Shown here in pieces: positions 28,714 to 37,535 of a stretch of DNA of 64,000 bases. The notes under the pieces were generated by a model. That model was given only the letters and a program-made list of their open reading frames with translations, was not told where the DNA came from and made no database searches. Location of the stretch: assembly GCA_947496175.1 (NCBI GenBank), contig CANMBU010000003.1:462334-526333 (forward strand). Direction: 5' to 3'. Source of the stretch: an uncultured Roseovarius sp. (lineage in GTDB: Bacteria; Pseudomonadota; Alphaproteobacteria; Rhodobacterales; Rhodobacteraceae). Position numbers and translations under genes: made by a program. The number at the start of each line of letters is the position of its first letter. Position 1 is the stretch's first letter.

Positions 28714-28744
28714 GGGCGGCGGAGAACTAATCTGCCGCCCTTTT
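28714..28744 (+). terminator. Intrinsic terminator
   Basis: GGGCGGCGGA-gaactaa-TCTGCCGCCC followed by TTTT. Confidence 0.7.
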
Positions 28745-28994
28745 CGTTTATCAATCGGAAATTTCAATGATCCATCCAAACGACATCCAAATCCCCAGAT
28801 GCGCTTACGTCGTATCATTTTGTGGTGCTTGGGCGTTGTCATTGTTATTAAGAACTTTCACTAACCCACTAATATTTTTATATAATTTTCTTTACATGAT
28901 AGGAATTTTATCCTATGATGTTCTCTTTATGTTCGAGCGCGTGACGCGAACGACGAATACCCAAAATTGGGAGAAAGGACAGGTTTAATCTGAG

Positions 28995-29312
28995 ATGAAA
29001 GACAGAGAAATGAACAACAACGTGCAAAGACCAAAGCTAGAAATTGATTGGGATGCTTATGGGGAGATGATGGAAGACTCCGATATGTCTGAAGAAGACA
29101 AACGGGTTCTCATCGAAACACTTTGGAACATTGTTGTCGCCTTTGTTGATCTCGGATTTGATCTGCATCCTGAGGAGAATGATTGTGGAGAACCCCGTTC
29201 TCTCAGTCCATTTCCGATCAAAGATATAGTAGAATTGAGTAATCGAAGAAAAAGAAAGAAACGAGATAGTGCGCGCTCCGATGATGCGCAGAAAGGACAA
29301 GGTCATGAGTAA
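28995..29312 (+). CDS. Acidic hypothetical protein coupled to the serine recombinase
   Basis: 105-aa ORF (IETLWNIVVAFVDLGF); overlaps the recombinase ATG. Confidence 0.75.
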   Translation: MKDREMNNNVQRPKLEIDWDAYGEMMEDSDMSEEDKRVLIETLWNIVVAFVDLGFDLHPEENDCGEPRSLSPFPIKDIVELSNRRKRKKRDSARSDDAQKGQGHE

Positions 29313-30944
29313 AGACGTTAACCAAAAAGCAGTTGTCTATTGCCGTGTATCGTCTGCTGCGCAAATGACCAAAGGCGACGGTTTGGCCTCCCAGGAAAGT
29401 CGGTGTAAGGAATATGCCCGCTATCGCGGTTATGACGTCAAAAAGGTCTTTCAGGATAACATGTCTGGGGGTGATCTTGATCGCCCTGCCATGAGCGCGA
29501 TGGTTCAGTTTATTCGCGAACAGGATGATACGGTTGTCGTCATCATTGATGATATTAATCGGTTTGCACGTGATGTGGTGGGGCACTGGCATTTACGCGC
29601 CATGGTCGCTGAGGCCGGGGGCAAATTGGAAAGCCCCACATTGGAGTTCAAGGAAGACAGCGACTCCATTCTGGTGGAGAATCTTCTCGCTTCTGTCTCA
29701 CAGCATCAGCGTCAGAAGAATGGCGAGCAAACCAAGAACAGAATGCGCGGGCGCGCCCTCAACGGCTATTGGACCTTCTCCGCGCCTCCTGGATACAAGT
29801 TCGAGCGCGTGTCTGGTCATGGCAAACTGTTGGTTCGGGATGAACCCTTGGCCTCGGTTATTCAGGAGGCGCTCGAAGGGTTTGCCACGGGACGATTTGA
29901 AACGCAGGCAGAGGTCAAACGCTTCCTTGAAAACGAACCTGCCTTTCCAAAAGATTCACCCAATGGGACAATCCGTTTTGAGAAGATCATTCGGTTGATG
30001 TCGCGTGTCGTTTATTCGGGTCATATTGAATACCCGAATTGGGACGTCTCCCTGCGCAAGGGCCATCATGAACCCATCATCTCCTTGGAGACCTATGAGG
30101 CCATCCAAAGAAAGATCAAAGAGGGATCACGCGCGCCGTTTCGCAAGGATATCAATGCAGACTTCCCTTTGCGTGGATTTATCGCCTGCGACGACTGCGG
30201 CACGCCTCTGACGGCCTGTTGGTCTACCAGCAAGTCAGGCAAGAAACATCCTTACTATCTGTGCCACAACAGGGCTGTGACAGCTATCGCAAGTCCATTC
30301 GACGTGATGTGGTGGAAGAGGAATTCCAGTCCCTCTTGCGTTCTCTACAGCCTTCAGAGGGACTATTCGCCATTGCAAAGCGGATGTTCAAAGACGCGTG
30401 GGGACAACGACAGGCGCAAGCGGATGTAGGCCGGGCCATTCTTCGAAAAGATCGCGATGCAGTAGATCGCAAGATTGAAGGTCTTTTGGACCGCATTGTG
30501 GATACTGATAACACTTCGCTCGTCGCCACTTACGAAAAGCGATTGGAAAAACTGGATCGCGAGAAACTGGTTCTGGATGAAAAACTCGAAAACCATGGCC
30601 CAAAACCGGGCACCTTCGAGGAATTGTTCGAACACCCACTAGATTTTCTCTCAAGCCCCTGGAAACTATGGGAAAGTGGGTCTCTCAACCTGCGCCGTAC
30701 CGTCCTCAAACTGGCTTTTGCAGACCGTATGACCTACTCCCGAAAAGAGGGACTTCGAACACCAAAAACCACTACACCTTTCAAGGCGTTAGAGGGTTTT
30801 TGTGGTGATGGATGTAAAATGGCGGAGAGACAGGGATTCGAACCCTGGGTGGGCTTGCACCCACAACGGTTTTCGAGACCGCCCCGTTCGACCACTCCGG
30901 CACCTCTCCGCGGGGGTCTGGAGCGTGCGTGTAATCGGCTTTGA
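29305..30944 (+). pseudogene. Large serine recombinase (integrase), frameshifted at ~30271
   Basis: AVVYCRVSS..Q catalytic Ser; IDDINRFAR; recombinase domain; Zn ribbon CDDC..YLC; second half continues in another frame (GCDSYRKSIRR..coiled coil) and reads through the att core. Confidence 0.88.
30820..30909 (-). tRNA. tRNA-Ser(CGA)
   Basis: GGAGAGG/TCTCTCC acceptor stem, CT-CGA-AA anticodon loop, long variable arm, GGTTCGAATCC, encoded CCA. Confidence 0.95.
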
Positions 30945-31064
30945 GCAGGCTGGCAAGGGGGAAGGGAGTGTCGGGTGATTTGGATTTGTTGATGTCACCA
31001 AACGTCGTTTTTATTGCGTATCTATTTTGGTGCAGCGGTTTTTACTGATCACTGCAACAGGTGA

Positions 31065-32579
31065 TTAGTCACGAACAGTCTCACTTCTTTCTCTGAGCGC
31101 CAAGGCATTCTCGGGCAACATTTTCTTACCTCCCAAGAACTCACCGACCGTTTTTCCCTGATGCCGGTGCTCTGCAAAGAAGAAATCAAGCGTTTCTCTT
31201 AGTGCCACACGGCGCCCCATGCGCGTGTACCAACGCATGGCATGGCGAATGTCGCGATTGGGATGGAGGAAACTCCGCCAGAGCGCTTTGGGCCTTGCCT
31301 GCAGACGCAACTCTATGGCTTTGGCCCAGAGAAAAACCCTCCAAGCCGGAACTTTCTTGGTTTCGAGAACCTGGTGCTTGTAGTCCCAGAGTCGAAGATC
31401 GGATTGAATAACTCTACGATGCCTAGAAACCTCGTAAAACGGCGTCCATCTATGCGGGGTTGCATAGACAGACATGATTTGGTCGGGATCATAGCGCAGC
31501 AACTGGCGCATCAGTGCGAAGTAATCTCTGTCAGTTTCCTCCTCAAATCCGACTGCGAAGGTACAAAGGCCAATCATACCATGCTCACGCAACAGTTTTA
31601 TAGCCGCTTGGTCCGTTGAGGGTGTGGAGCCTTTTCGGATCTTGGCGAGGGTATCCTCATTCATCGCTTCGAGCCCAAGCAAAAAGCGCAAGACCCCGGC
31701 TTTCTTGTAAAGGTGCAGGATGTCTGCATCTCGCACGATATCGCCTGCTCGCGTTGATCCAATCAGTATAACAGGGACGTTTTCCGCTATCAGCGCTTCC
31801 AGAAAATCTTTCCAGCGACGGCGAGAGGATGTGGGGTTTTCGTCTGCAAAATTGATTAACTCGACGCCATGTTTGCGATGCAACCATGCAATTTCCTGCG
31901 CCAAACGGGTAGGGTCTCTGTGTCTCCACTTCGTCCAAAATCCGCGCTGCCCGCAATATGTGCACAGATGCGGGCAGCCTCGCGAGAATTGCAAAACGAC
32001 GGATTTTTTTCCTCCCCAATATGAATACTCGTCGAAATCAATCAATTCCCAGCCGATCCGGTAGGCGTCAAGATCCTTGATCATGCTTGCAGCGCGGGTC
32101 GCGACTGGTCCGTCTGCAGAGCGGTAGGCAATGCCCGCAACATCACAGACAGAAAGACCGCTTTCCAACGCATGTAGGAGGCGTTTTGATGTCTCTTCGC
32201 CTTCTCCTCGTACAATGAAATCTATCTCATCGCATTCGGTCAGAACATCTTTCCAGTGGTAGGTTGGATAGACGCCGCCGTAGACAATCGTGACATTTGG
32301 CAAAACCTGCTTCAACTCCCGGGCAATGCAGACAACCGTGGGATGGGCCGAAGTCGATCCGGAATGCCCGATCAGAACCGCATCTGGAGACTGAGTCACA
32401 ATCTCCTTAACAATCGCAGAAACCGGCAGGTTTCCTGGATCTGCATTCAACAAACGAACAGAGTGACCGGCATCAATCAACGGCCCCCCGATGGATAACA
32501 AGCCAAGCGGAGGCAGGTTCTCCTTTGGAATGCGGCTGCCAATTGCGGAATGCGGGGGGTGTACAAGCAATATGTTCAT
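31065..32579 (-). CDS. Cobalamin-dependent radical SAM enzyme (BchE-like)
   Basis: B12-binding N-terminus (PPLGLLSIGG); CPHLCTYC; FADENP; GLEA. Confidence 0.85.
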   Translation of the reverse strand: MNILLVHPPHSAIGSRIPKENLPPLGLLSIGGPLIDAGHSVRLLNADPGNLPVSAIVKEIVTQSPDAVLIGHSGSTSAHPTVVCIARELKQVLPNVTIVYGGVYPTYHWKDVLTECDEIDFIVRGEGEETSKRLLHALESGLSVCDVAGIAYRSADGPVATRAASMIKDLDAYRIGWELIDFDEYSYWGGKKSVVLQFSRGCPHLCTYCGQRGFWTKWRHRDPTRLAQEIAWLHRKHGVELINFADENPTSSRRRWKDFLEALIAENVPVILIGSTRAGDIVRDADILHLYKKAGVLRFLLGLEAMNEDTLAKIRKGSTPSTDQAAIKLLREHGMIGLCTFAVGFEEETDRDYFALMRQLLRYDPDQIMSVYATPHRWTPFYEVSRHRRVIQSDLRLWDYKHQVLETKKVPAWRVFLWAKAIELRLQARPKALWRSFLHPNRDIRHAMRWYTRMGRRVALRETLDFFFAEHRHQGKTVGEFLGGKKMLPENALALRERSETVRD

Positions 32580-32929
32580 GCTCGTGAACTGGGTAAAGCT
32601 TTGACGCCAAACAAGCTTACAGGCCCAGAATGCGAAACACCTGCACAGAGAAACCCGAACTAATACGAAACTCAGTTAACAGTTCGATATTGGTCTATCG
32701 TCTGATTGTGCGTCCATCAGGTCAAAAAGTTGCAGCGAATAATGCAAACCACCGCTCAAATCAGATATTGGATCTGCCACTTCTACCTCTCTCATCATCT
32801 GCCCAAACTAAACCTGCCTCCCATTCCGGCATGATCACGCAAGGTTCATTGCCTTTGCCCTGAGCGACATTGCAGGGGAGGGGCGAAAGCCATTAGGGTG
32901 GCGCAAAGGGTGAACCAAGCGAGGGTATC

Positions 32930-33769
32930 TTGAGGAACGTAGCTTTATTTCGTCCGCTGATCTGGCTGACAATTCTGGGGGTTTTGTTGGTGCTCAGCCT
33001 ACCTGCACGCGCGGCTGAGCGTGAACGCCTGGAGGCGTTTTTACAGGTCACAGGGTTTGATGTTGCACTTGAAAGTATCGGCTTGGCGGCAGGGGACGCA
33101 CCGGGGCTTCTGGGTATGCAGGCCAGTGATTTTGGTGCTGACTGGAAACGCACTGCCGATGAGGTGTTTGACACCGAAACCATGCACAACATGGCGATGG
33201 ATATTCTTGAGGCGGCGCTGAGTGACGACCTTCTGACCCACGCAGCGGCGTTTTACGCCTCCCCTCTTGGGCAAAGGCTGGTGGAGGCGGAGAACGCATC
33301 ACATATGGCCAATGACGACGTCAAACAAAGCAAAGGCACAGCTCTCGTGGCCGAATGGGTTGCCGACGGGGATGCGCGGGTGAGTGTTCTGCGTCAGCTT
33401 AACCAGGCCGTCGATGCCGCCGATAGCGGTGTGCGGGCTGTGCAGGAAATACAGGTACGCTTCTTCGTGGCCGCTTCGCGATCCGGCATTCTGGACTATG
33501 ATATTGATGAAGAAACCCTGCGCCGTGTGATCAAGCAAGGTGAAGCGGAGCTGCGCGTCAGTTTGCAGGTCTCTGCTTTGGCCAATGCCGCCTACACATA
33601 TCAGGATTTCTCGGAAGAGGATATTCGCGCTTATCTTGAGGCGCTGGAGCATCCTGACATGCAGCTGGTCTACGAGCTGATGAATGCGGTGCAATATGAG
33701 ATCATGGCCAACCGGTTTGAAGTTCTGGCCGGACGTATGGCAGATCTGCATCCCGGACAGGAGTTATGA
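32930..33769 (+). CDS. Secreted DUF2059-like protein
   Basis: Signal peptide; AAAFYASPLGQRLV repeat motif. Confidence 0.7.
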   Translation: MRNVALFRPLIWLTILGVLLVLSLPARAAERERLEAFLQVTGFDVALESIGLAAGDAPGLLGMQASDFGADWKRTADEVFDTETMHNMAMDILEAALSDDLLTHAAAFYASPLGQRLVEAENASHMANDDVKQSKGTALVAEWVADGDARVSVLRQLNQAVDAADSGVRAVQEIQVRFFVAASRSGILDYDIDEETLRRVIKQGEAELRVSLQVSALANAAYTYQDFSEEDIRAYLEALEHPDMQLVYELMNAVQYEIMANRFEVLAGRMADLHPGQEL

Positions 33770-34596
33770 TGACACGGGTTCTTTCACTAATATACGCTAC
33801 GGTCTTTGCCCTGCTGGTCACCTCGCCAATGGCCCGCGCAGCAGGCGAGGATATGGCCGCTCTGATCGACGCGCTGCGGATTGATGAAACGGTTGAGATC
33901 ATGCGTAAGGAAGGCCTGCGCTATGGGTCCGAGCTTGGAGCGGAAATGCTGCCCGGTGTAAATGCGAAGGCCTGGCAGGATCAGGTGGCGCGGATCTACG
34001 ACACCGACAAGATGGCACAGGTGGTGACACAAGGATTTGAAACGGCTCTGGATGGCAAGGAGATCGCCGAGGTCGTTGCTTTCTTCACATCAGAAACCGG
34101 GCAGGAGATCATATCGCTTGAACTTTCGGCGCGTGAGGCCTTTCTGAATGAAGACACCGAAATGGCCGCGATGGATGCCTACGAGCGCGCCCGAGATGAG
34201 AATTCTTATCTGTTTCAGCAGGTTGAGACACTGATCTCAGACAGTGACCTGGTGGACTACAACGTTATGGGGGCCTTGAATTCCAACCTGATGTTCTACC
34301 GTGGGCTGGCTGATGGCGGGGCCTTCGAGATGAGCGAAGAGGATATGCTCGCCGATGTCTGGTCGCAGGAAGGCGACGTCCGCAACGACTCAGAAGGGTG
34401 GCTGGGCGCGTTTCTGATCCTGGCGTATCAGCCATTGGACGATGACGAACTGGAAGCTTATGCTGAGTTTTACCGCTCCGAGCAGGGGAAGGTCCTGAAC
34501 GCGGCCATTTTTGAGGCCTATGACCAGATGTATGAGGAGTTGTCATATCTTCTGGGACGCGCCGTGGCGCAGCAGATGCAGAGCGAGGAGCTGTAA
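33766..34596 (+). CDS. Secreted DUF2059-like protein (paralogue)
   Basis: Signal peptide; VAFFTSETGQEII and YAEFYRSEQGK motifs. Confidence 0.7.
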   Translation: MMTRVLSLIYATVFALLVTSPMARAAGEDMAALIDALRIDETVEIMRKEGLRYGSELGAEMLPGVNAKAWQDQVARIYDTDKMAQVVTQGFETALDGKEIAEVVAFFTSETGQEIISLELSAREAFLNEDTEMAAMDAYERARDENSYLFQQVETLISDSDLVDYNVMGALNSNLMFYRGLADGGAFEMSEEDMLADVWSQEGDVRNDSEGWLGAFLILAYQPLDDDELEAYAEFYRSEQGKVLNAAIFEAYDQMYEELSYLLGRAVAQQMQSEEL

Positions 34597-34603
34597 CGCG
34601 TTT

Positions 34604-34685
34604 CGAATTTTGCTTGGCAAAATCCGACAGATGCGAGGGGCCAGCCCCTCGCGCTCCCCGGGGTGTTTTTGACAAGAAAGAAACA
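34604..34685. repeat. REP-like palindromic element of the kind common in Rhodobacteraceae
   Basis: Hairpins ATTTTGC-ttg-GCAAAAT and GCGAGGGG-ccag-CCCCTCGC, then CCCCGGGGTGTTTTTGACAAGAAAG. Confidence 0.5.
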
Positions 34686-34691
34686 GAGACC

Positions 34692-34807
34692 TAAAGCGCC
34701 GCACCTTTCACCTGAGACATCAGCGAACGGCGAAACGCGTGCAACGATTGAGTGTCGCGCGGCGGTTCGCGGTTATCTGTGTGTTAGGGTTATCGCGAAG
34801 CGCTTTA
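34692..34807 (-). repeat. 116-bp MITE-like repeat, copy 1
   Basis: Perfect 8-bp terminal IR TAAAGCGC/GCGCTTTA; 51/58 identity over the core with 51123-51180. Confidence 0.8.
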
Positions 34808-34808
34808 A

Positions 34809-35555
34809 TCAGGCGGATGGGCGCAAGGCGATGGCGGGTTGATTATGCGCCCGTTTAAAGGCGCGGCTGAGCGCCTCGGGAGAGCCATAGCCATAGCGAC
34901 GCGCAATGGTTTGGACACGCTCACCACGTTCCGCATCCTGACGCGCCAGCACCATGCGCCAACGGCGTAAATACGCACCAGGCGTTTCCCCCACTTTGGC
35001 GCGAAAGAGTTCTGAGAACCGTGACTGCGAGAGGCCTGCATGGCGCGCCAGATCATCGCCCTGCCATTTGCGGCCAGGCTCATCATGCATCGCGACAATC
35101 GCTCGGCTGAGGCGGGGATCAGCCAGACCTGCCAATAACCCAACATCAGTGGCGCCACGTTCAATCGTCAAGCGCAAAAGGCGAATAAGCAGGACCTCTC
35201 CCAAACGATCAAGCACAGCACTGCCGCCGCAGCGTGGTGTTGCGCTTTCGTTTTGCAACGCTTTGAGGATATGGATGACCTCCGGTTCTGCATCAAGGCG
35301 CAGGGTGACTTCGGCAGGCAGGGCGCTCAGAAACGGATTGGTGGCACCGCCCCAATCGGCCTGAGCGGCAAAGCTGAGCGTCTCATCGGCTTCAGCTGCG
35401 GTATGAGCCGCGCAAAGCGGGGCAAAGACCACCCGTGTGGGCGTCTGGATTTCAGCGTTTTTAAAGATCAGCAGATTGGCTTCGTTTGGATCTGTCGGAA
35501 AAACCCGCAAGTCAAAGTTTTGAATAAGAGCCGAAAGGCGGTCGATTTTGCTCAT
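34809..35555 (-). CDS. AraC-family regulator
   Basis: GGATNPFLSALP; LDRLGEVLLIRLLR; LARHAGLSQSRF; GYGSPEALSRAFKR. Confidence 0.88.
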   Translation of the reverse strand: MSKIDRLSALIQNFDLRVFPTDPNEANLLIFKNAEIQTPTRVVFAPLCAAHTAAEADETLSFAAQADWGGATNPFLSALPAEVTLRLDAEPEVIHILKALQNESATPRCGGSAVLDRLGEVLLIRLLRLTIERGATDVGLLAGLADPRLSRAIVAMHDEPGRKWQGDDLARHAGLSQSRFSELFRAKVGETPGAYLRRWRMVLARQDAERGERVQTIARRYGYGSPEALSRAFKRAHNQPAIALRPSA

Positions 35556-35645
35556 GTCGGAAAAATTATCATGTTTTTTGGAAAAAATTGATCTCATCAC
35601 CATCTATATCCAAGCTGACGATATATTGCAATCAGGAGACCACAG

Positions 35646-36182
35646 ATGTTGATGCCTCGCCAGAAAACCCCCGACCTGTCGCTACCCACACTGGATCATG
35701 GCAGTTTTGATCTTGCTTCAGATGGATCTGAGCGCGGCACGGTCGTGTGTTTTTACCGCGGTCTGCATTGTCCGCTTTGCGCCAACTACCTGACCGAGTT
35801 GGAAAAGAAGGTTGATGACTTTGCTGAAAGAGGTGTGAAGACAATCGCTGTCAGCTCCGATGGCAAAGAGCGCACCCGTGCCATGGCCGACAAGATCGGC
35901 GCAAGCAAACTGCGCTTTGGCTATGATCTGAGCCTGCCAAAAGCAAAGGAATGGGGGCTTTATATCTCCACCTCGCGCGGCAAGACGTCGATTGGCATCG
36001 AAGAGCCGGCGCTTTTCTCTGAGCCCGGCCTGTTCATGGTGACACCCGAGCAGTCGCTTTACTATGGCTCGGTCCAGACAATGCCCTTCGTGCGCCCGCA
36101 CTTCTCTGAACTTGTCGGCGCTCTCGATTTTGCCATTGCCAATGATTACCCGGCACGTGGCGAATACACTGGCGCGGTCTGA
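35646..36182 (+). CDS. Peroxiredoxin-like AhpC/TSA family protein
   Basis: FYRGLHCPLC thioredoxin-fold motif; FSEPGLF. Confidence 0.88.
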   Translation: MLMPRQKTPDLSLPTLDHGSFDLASDGSERGTVVCFYRGLHCPLCANYLTELEKKVDDFAERGVKTIAVSSDGKERTRAMADKIGASKLRFGYDLSLPKAKEWGLYISTSRGKTSIGIEEPALFSEPGLFMVTPEQSLYYGSVQTMPFVRPHFSELVGALDFAIANDYPARGEYTGAV

Positions 36183-36421
36183 ATGCGTCGCCAAGGTCGG
36201 GCTCTATGGTCCGATACACCACTCACGAACCCGGGGTTTGTTCCCCGGGTTTTTCTCTGAAATCAGCCTTGACTTGAAGGGCAAAGACTTGGATAAGCGC
36301 GCATCCCGGCGGGGAGACTCGCGCGGGACATTATTTTTGACGCCCAAAGGGCGCGCTGTTCGAGGCACCAAACGCCGGTTTGACCCGGGGCCACAGGACG
36401 CGGAAGCGAAAGGAAAACGCC

Positions 36422-37129
36422 ATGTTTGCGGTTCTTAAGACCGGTGGCAAGCAGTATAAGGTCCAGTCGGGCGATATGCTCCGTGTGGAAAAGCTTGCAG
36501 CGGATGCCGGTGAGAAAGTTCAATTCAACGAAGTTCTGATGCTGGGCGGTGACAAGCCTGTTGTCGGAGCGCCGTTTGTCGCCGGTGCGGCCGTACAGGC
36601 CGAAGTGGTTGATCAGATCAAGGGCGACAAGGTCATTCACTTTGTCAAACGCCGCCGGAAGCATGGCAGCAAGCGCACCAAGGGACATCGTCAGCAACTG
36701 ACCGTGCTGCGCGTGACGGACATCCTGGAAAAGGGTGGCGACAAGTCAGGTGTGAAGGCGGCGATGGGTGCTGGATCGGTTGCGGCGGTAGCCGTTGCAG
36801 CGGCGGAGGCCAAGAAACCTGCGAAGAAAGCCGAGCCGAAAAAGGCTGAGGCGAAGAAAGCTGAACCAAAGGCAGAGGCCAAAAAGGCCGAGCCAAAGAA
36901 AGCCGCGCCCAAAAAGGCGGCCAAGGCCGAAGCTGACGACCTCAAGCAGCTCAGCGGCGTGGGTCCGGCTCTGGAGAAGAAATTGCATGAGGCAGGCGTG
37001 ACCACGTTTGCCCAGATCGCAGCCTGGGGCGAAGCCGAGATTGCGGAATTTGACGAAAAGCTTTCGTTCAAAGGCCGGATCGAGCGTGAAGGCTGGGTCG
37101 AACAGGCCAAAGAACTGGCTAAAGGCTAA
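36422..37129 (+). CDS. rplU: 50S ribosomal protein L21 with AK-rich linker and HhH extension
   Basis: [18 protein letters not shown]; [17 protein letters not shown] extension. Confidence 0.96.
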   Translation: MFAVLKTGGKQYKVQSGDMLRVEKLAADAGEKVQFNEVLMLGGDKPVVGAPFVAGAAVQAEVVDQIKGDKVIHFVKRRRKHGSKRTKGHRQQLTVLRVTDILEKGGDKSGVKAAMGAGSVAAVAVAAAEAKKPAKKAEPKKAEAKKAEPKAEAKKAEPKKAAPKKAAKAEADDLKQLSGVGPALEKKLHEAGVTTFAQIAAWGEAEIAEFDEKLSFKGRIEREGWVEQAKELAKG

Positions 37130-37140
37130 GGAGAGACGAG

Positions 37141-37410
37141 ATGGCACATAAGAAAGCAGGCGGTTCATCCAGAAACGGTCGCGATTCAGCTGGCCGCCGC
37201 CTTGGCGTAAAGAAATATGGCGGCGAAGCCGTGATCCCGGGCAATATTATCGTGCGTCAGCGCGGCAATAAATTCTGGCCGGGTGAAGGCGTGGGCCAAG
37301 GGAAAGATCATACGCTCTTTGCGACTGCGCAGGGTGCTGTGAAGTTCCACAAAGGCCTCAAAGGCCGCACATTTATTTCGGTTCTCCCGATGGCGGAGGC
37401 CGCTGAATAA
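37141..37410 (+). CDS. rpmA: 50S ribosomal protein L27
   Basis: [16 protein letters not shown]. Confidence 0.97.
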   Translation: MAHKKAGGSSRNGRDSAGRRLGVKKYGGEAVIPGNIIVRQRGNKFWPGEGVGQGKDHTLFATAQGAVKFHKGLKGRTFISVLPMAEAAE

Positions 37411-37435
37411 GCCGATCTTCAGGTTTGAATTTGAG

Positions 37436-37469
37436 AGGGATCGGTGAACAACCGGTCCCTTTTCTTTTT
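37436..37469 (+). terminator. Intrinsic terminator after rpmA
   Basis: AGGGATCGGT-gaaca-ACCGGTCCCT followed by TTTCTTTTT. Confidence 0.75.
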
Positions 37470-37535
37470 GGCAAAAGAAATCCGGACCGGGTCACAAAAG
37501 CGCAAAACTGCGCCCCCATATGAGGGACAAAGACG

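Larger units (their letters stand above)
12583..30828. mobile_element. Integrative mobilizable element in the 3' end of tRNA-Ser(CGA)
   Basis: 14-bp direct repeat at 12583-12596 and 30815-30828; serine recombinase at the tRNA end; mobC/relaxase/T4CP at the other end; visibly more AT-rich than flanks. Confidence 0.9.

Noticed and set aside
31065-32579. Calling this gene bchE and the strain an aerobic phototroph
   Set aside because: No photosynthesis-cluster context, and the N-terminus differs from canonical BchE as I recall it
34692-34730. Hammerhead ribozyme (CTGATG..GAAA) or glycine riboswitch (CTCAGG) in the 116-bp repeat
   Set aside because: No CUGANGA core, GAAA not kept in copy 2, no stem II or GGAGA/CCGAAG aptamer parts
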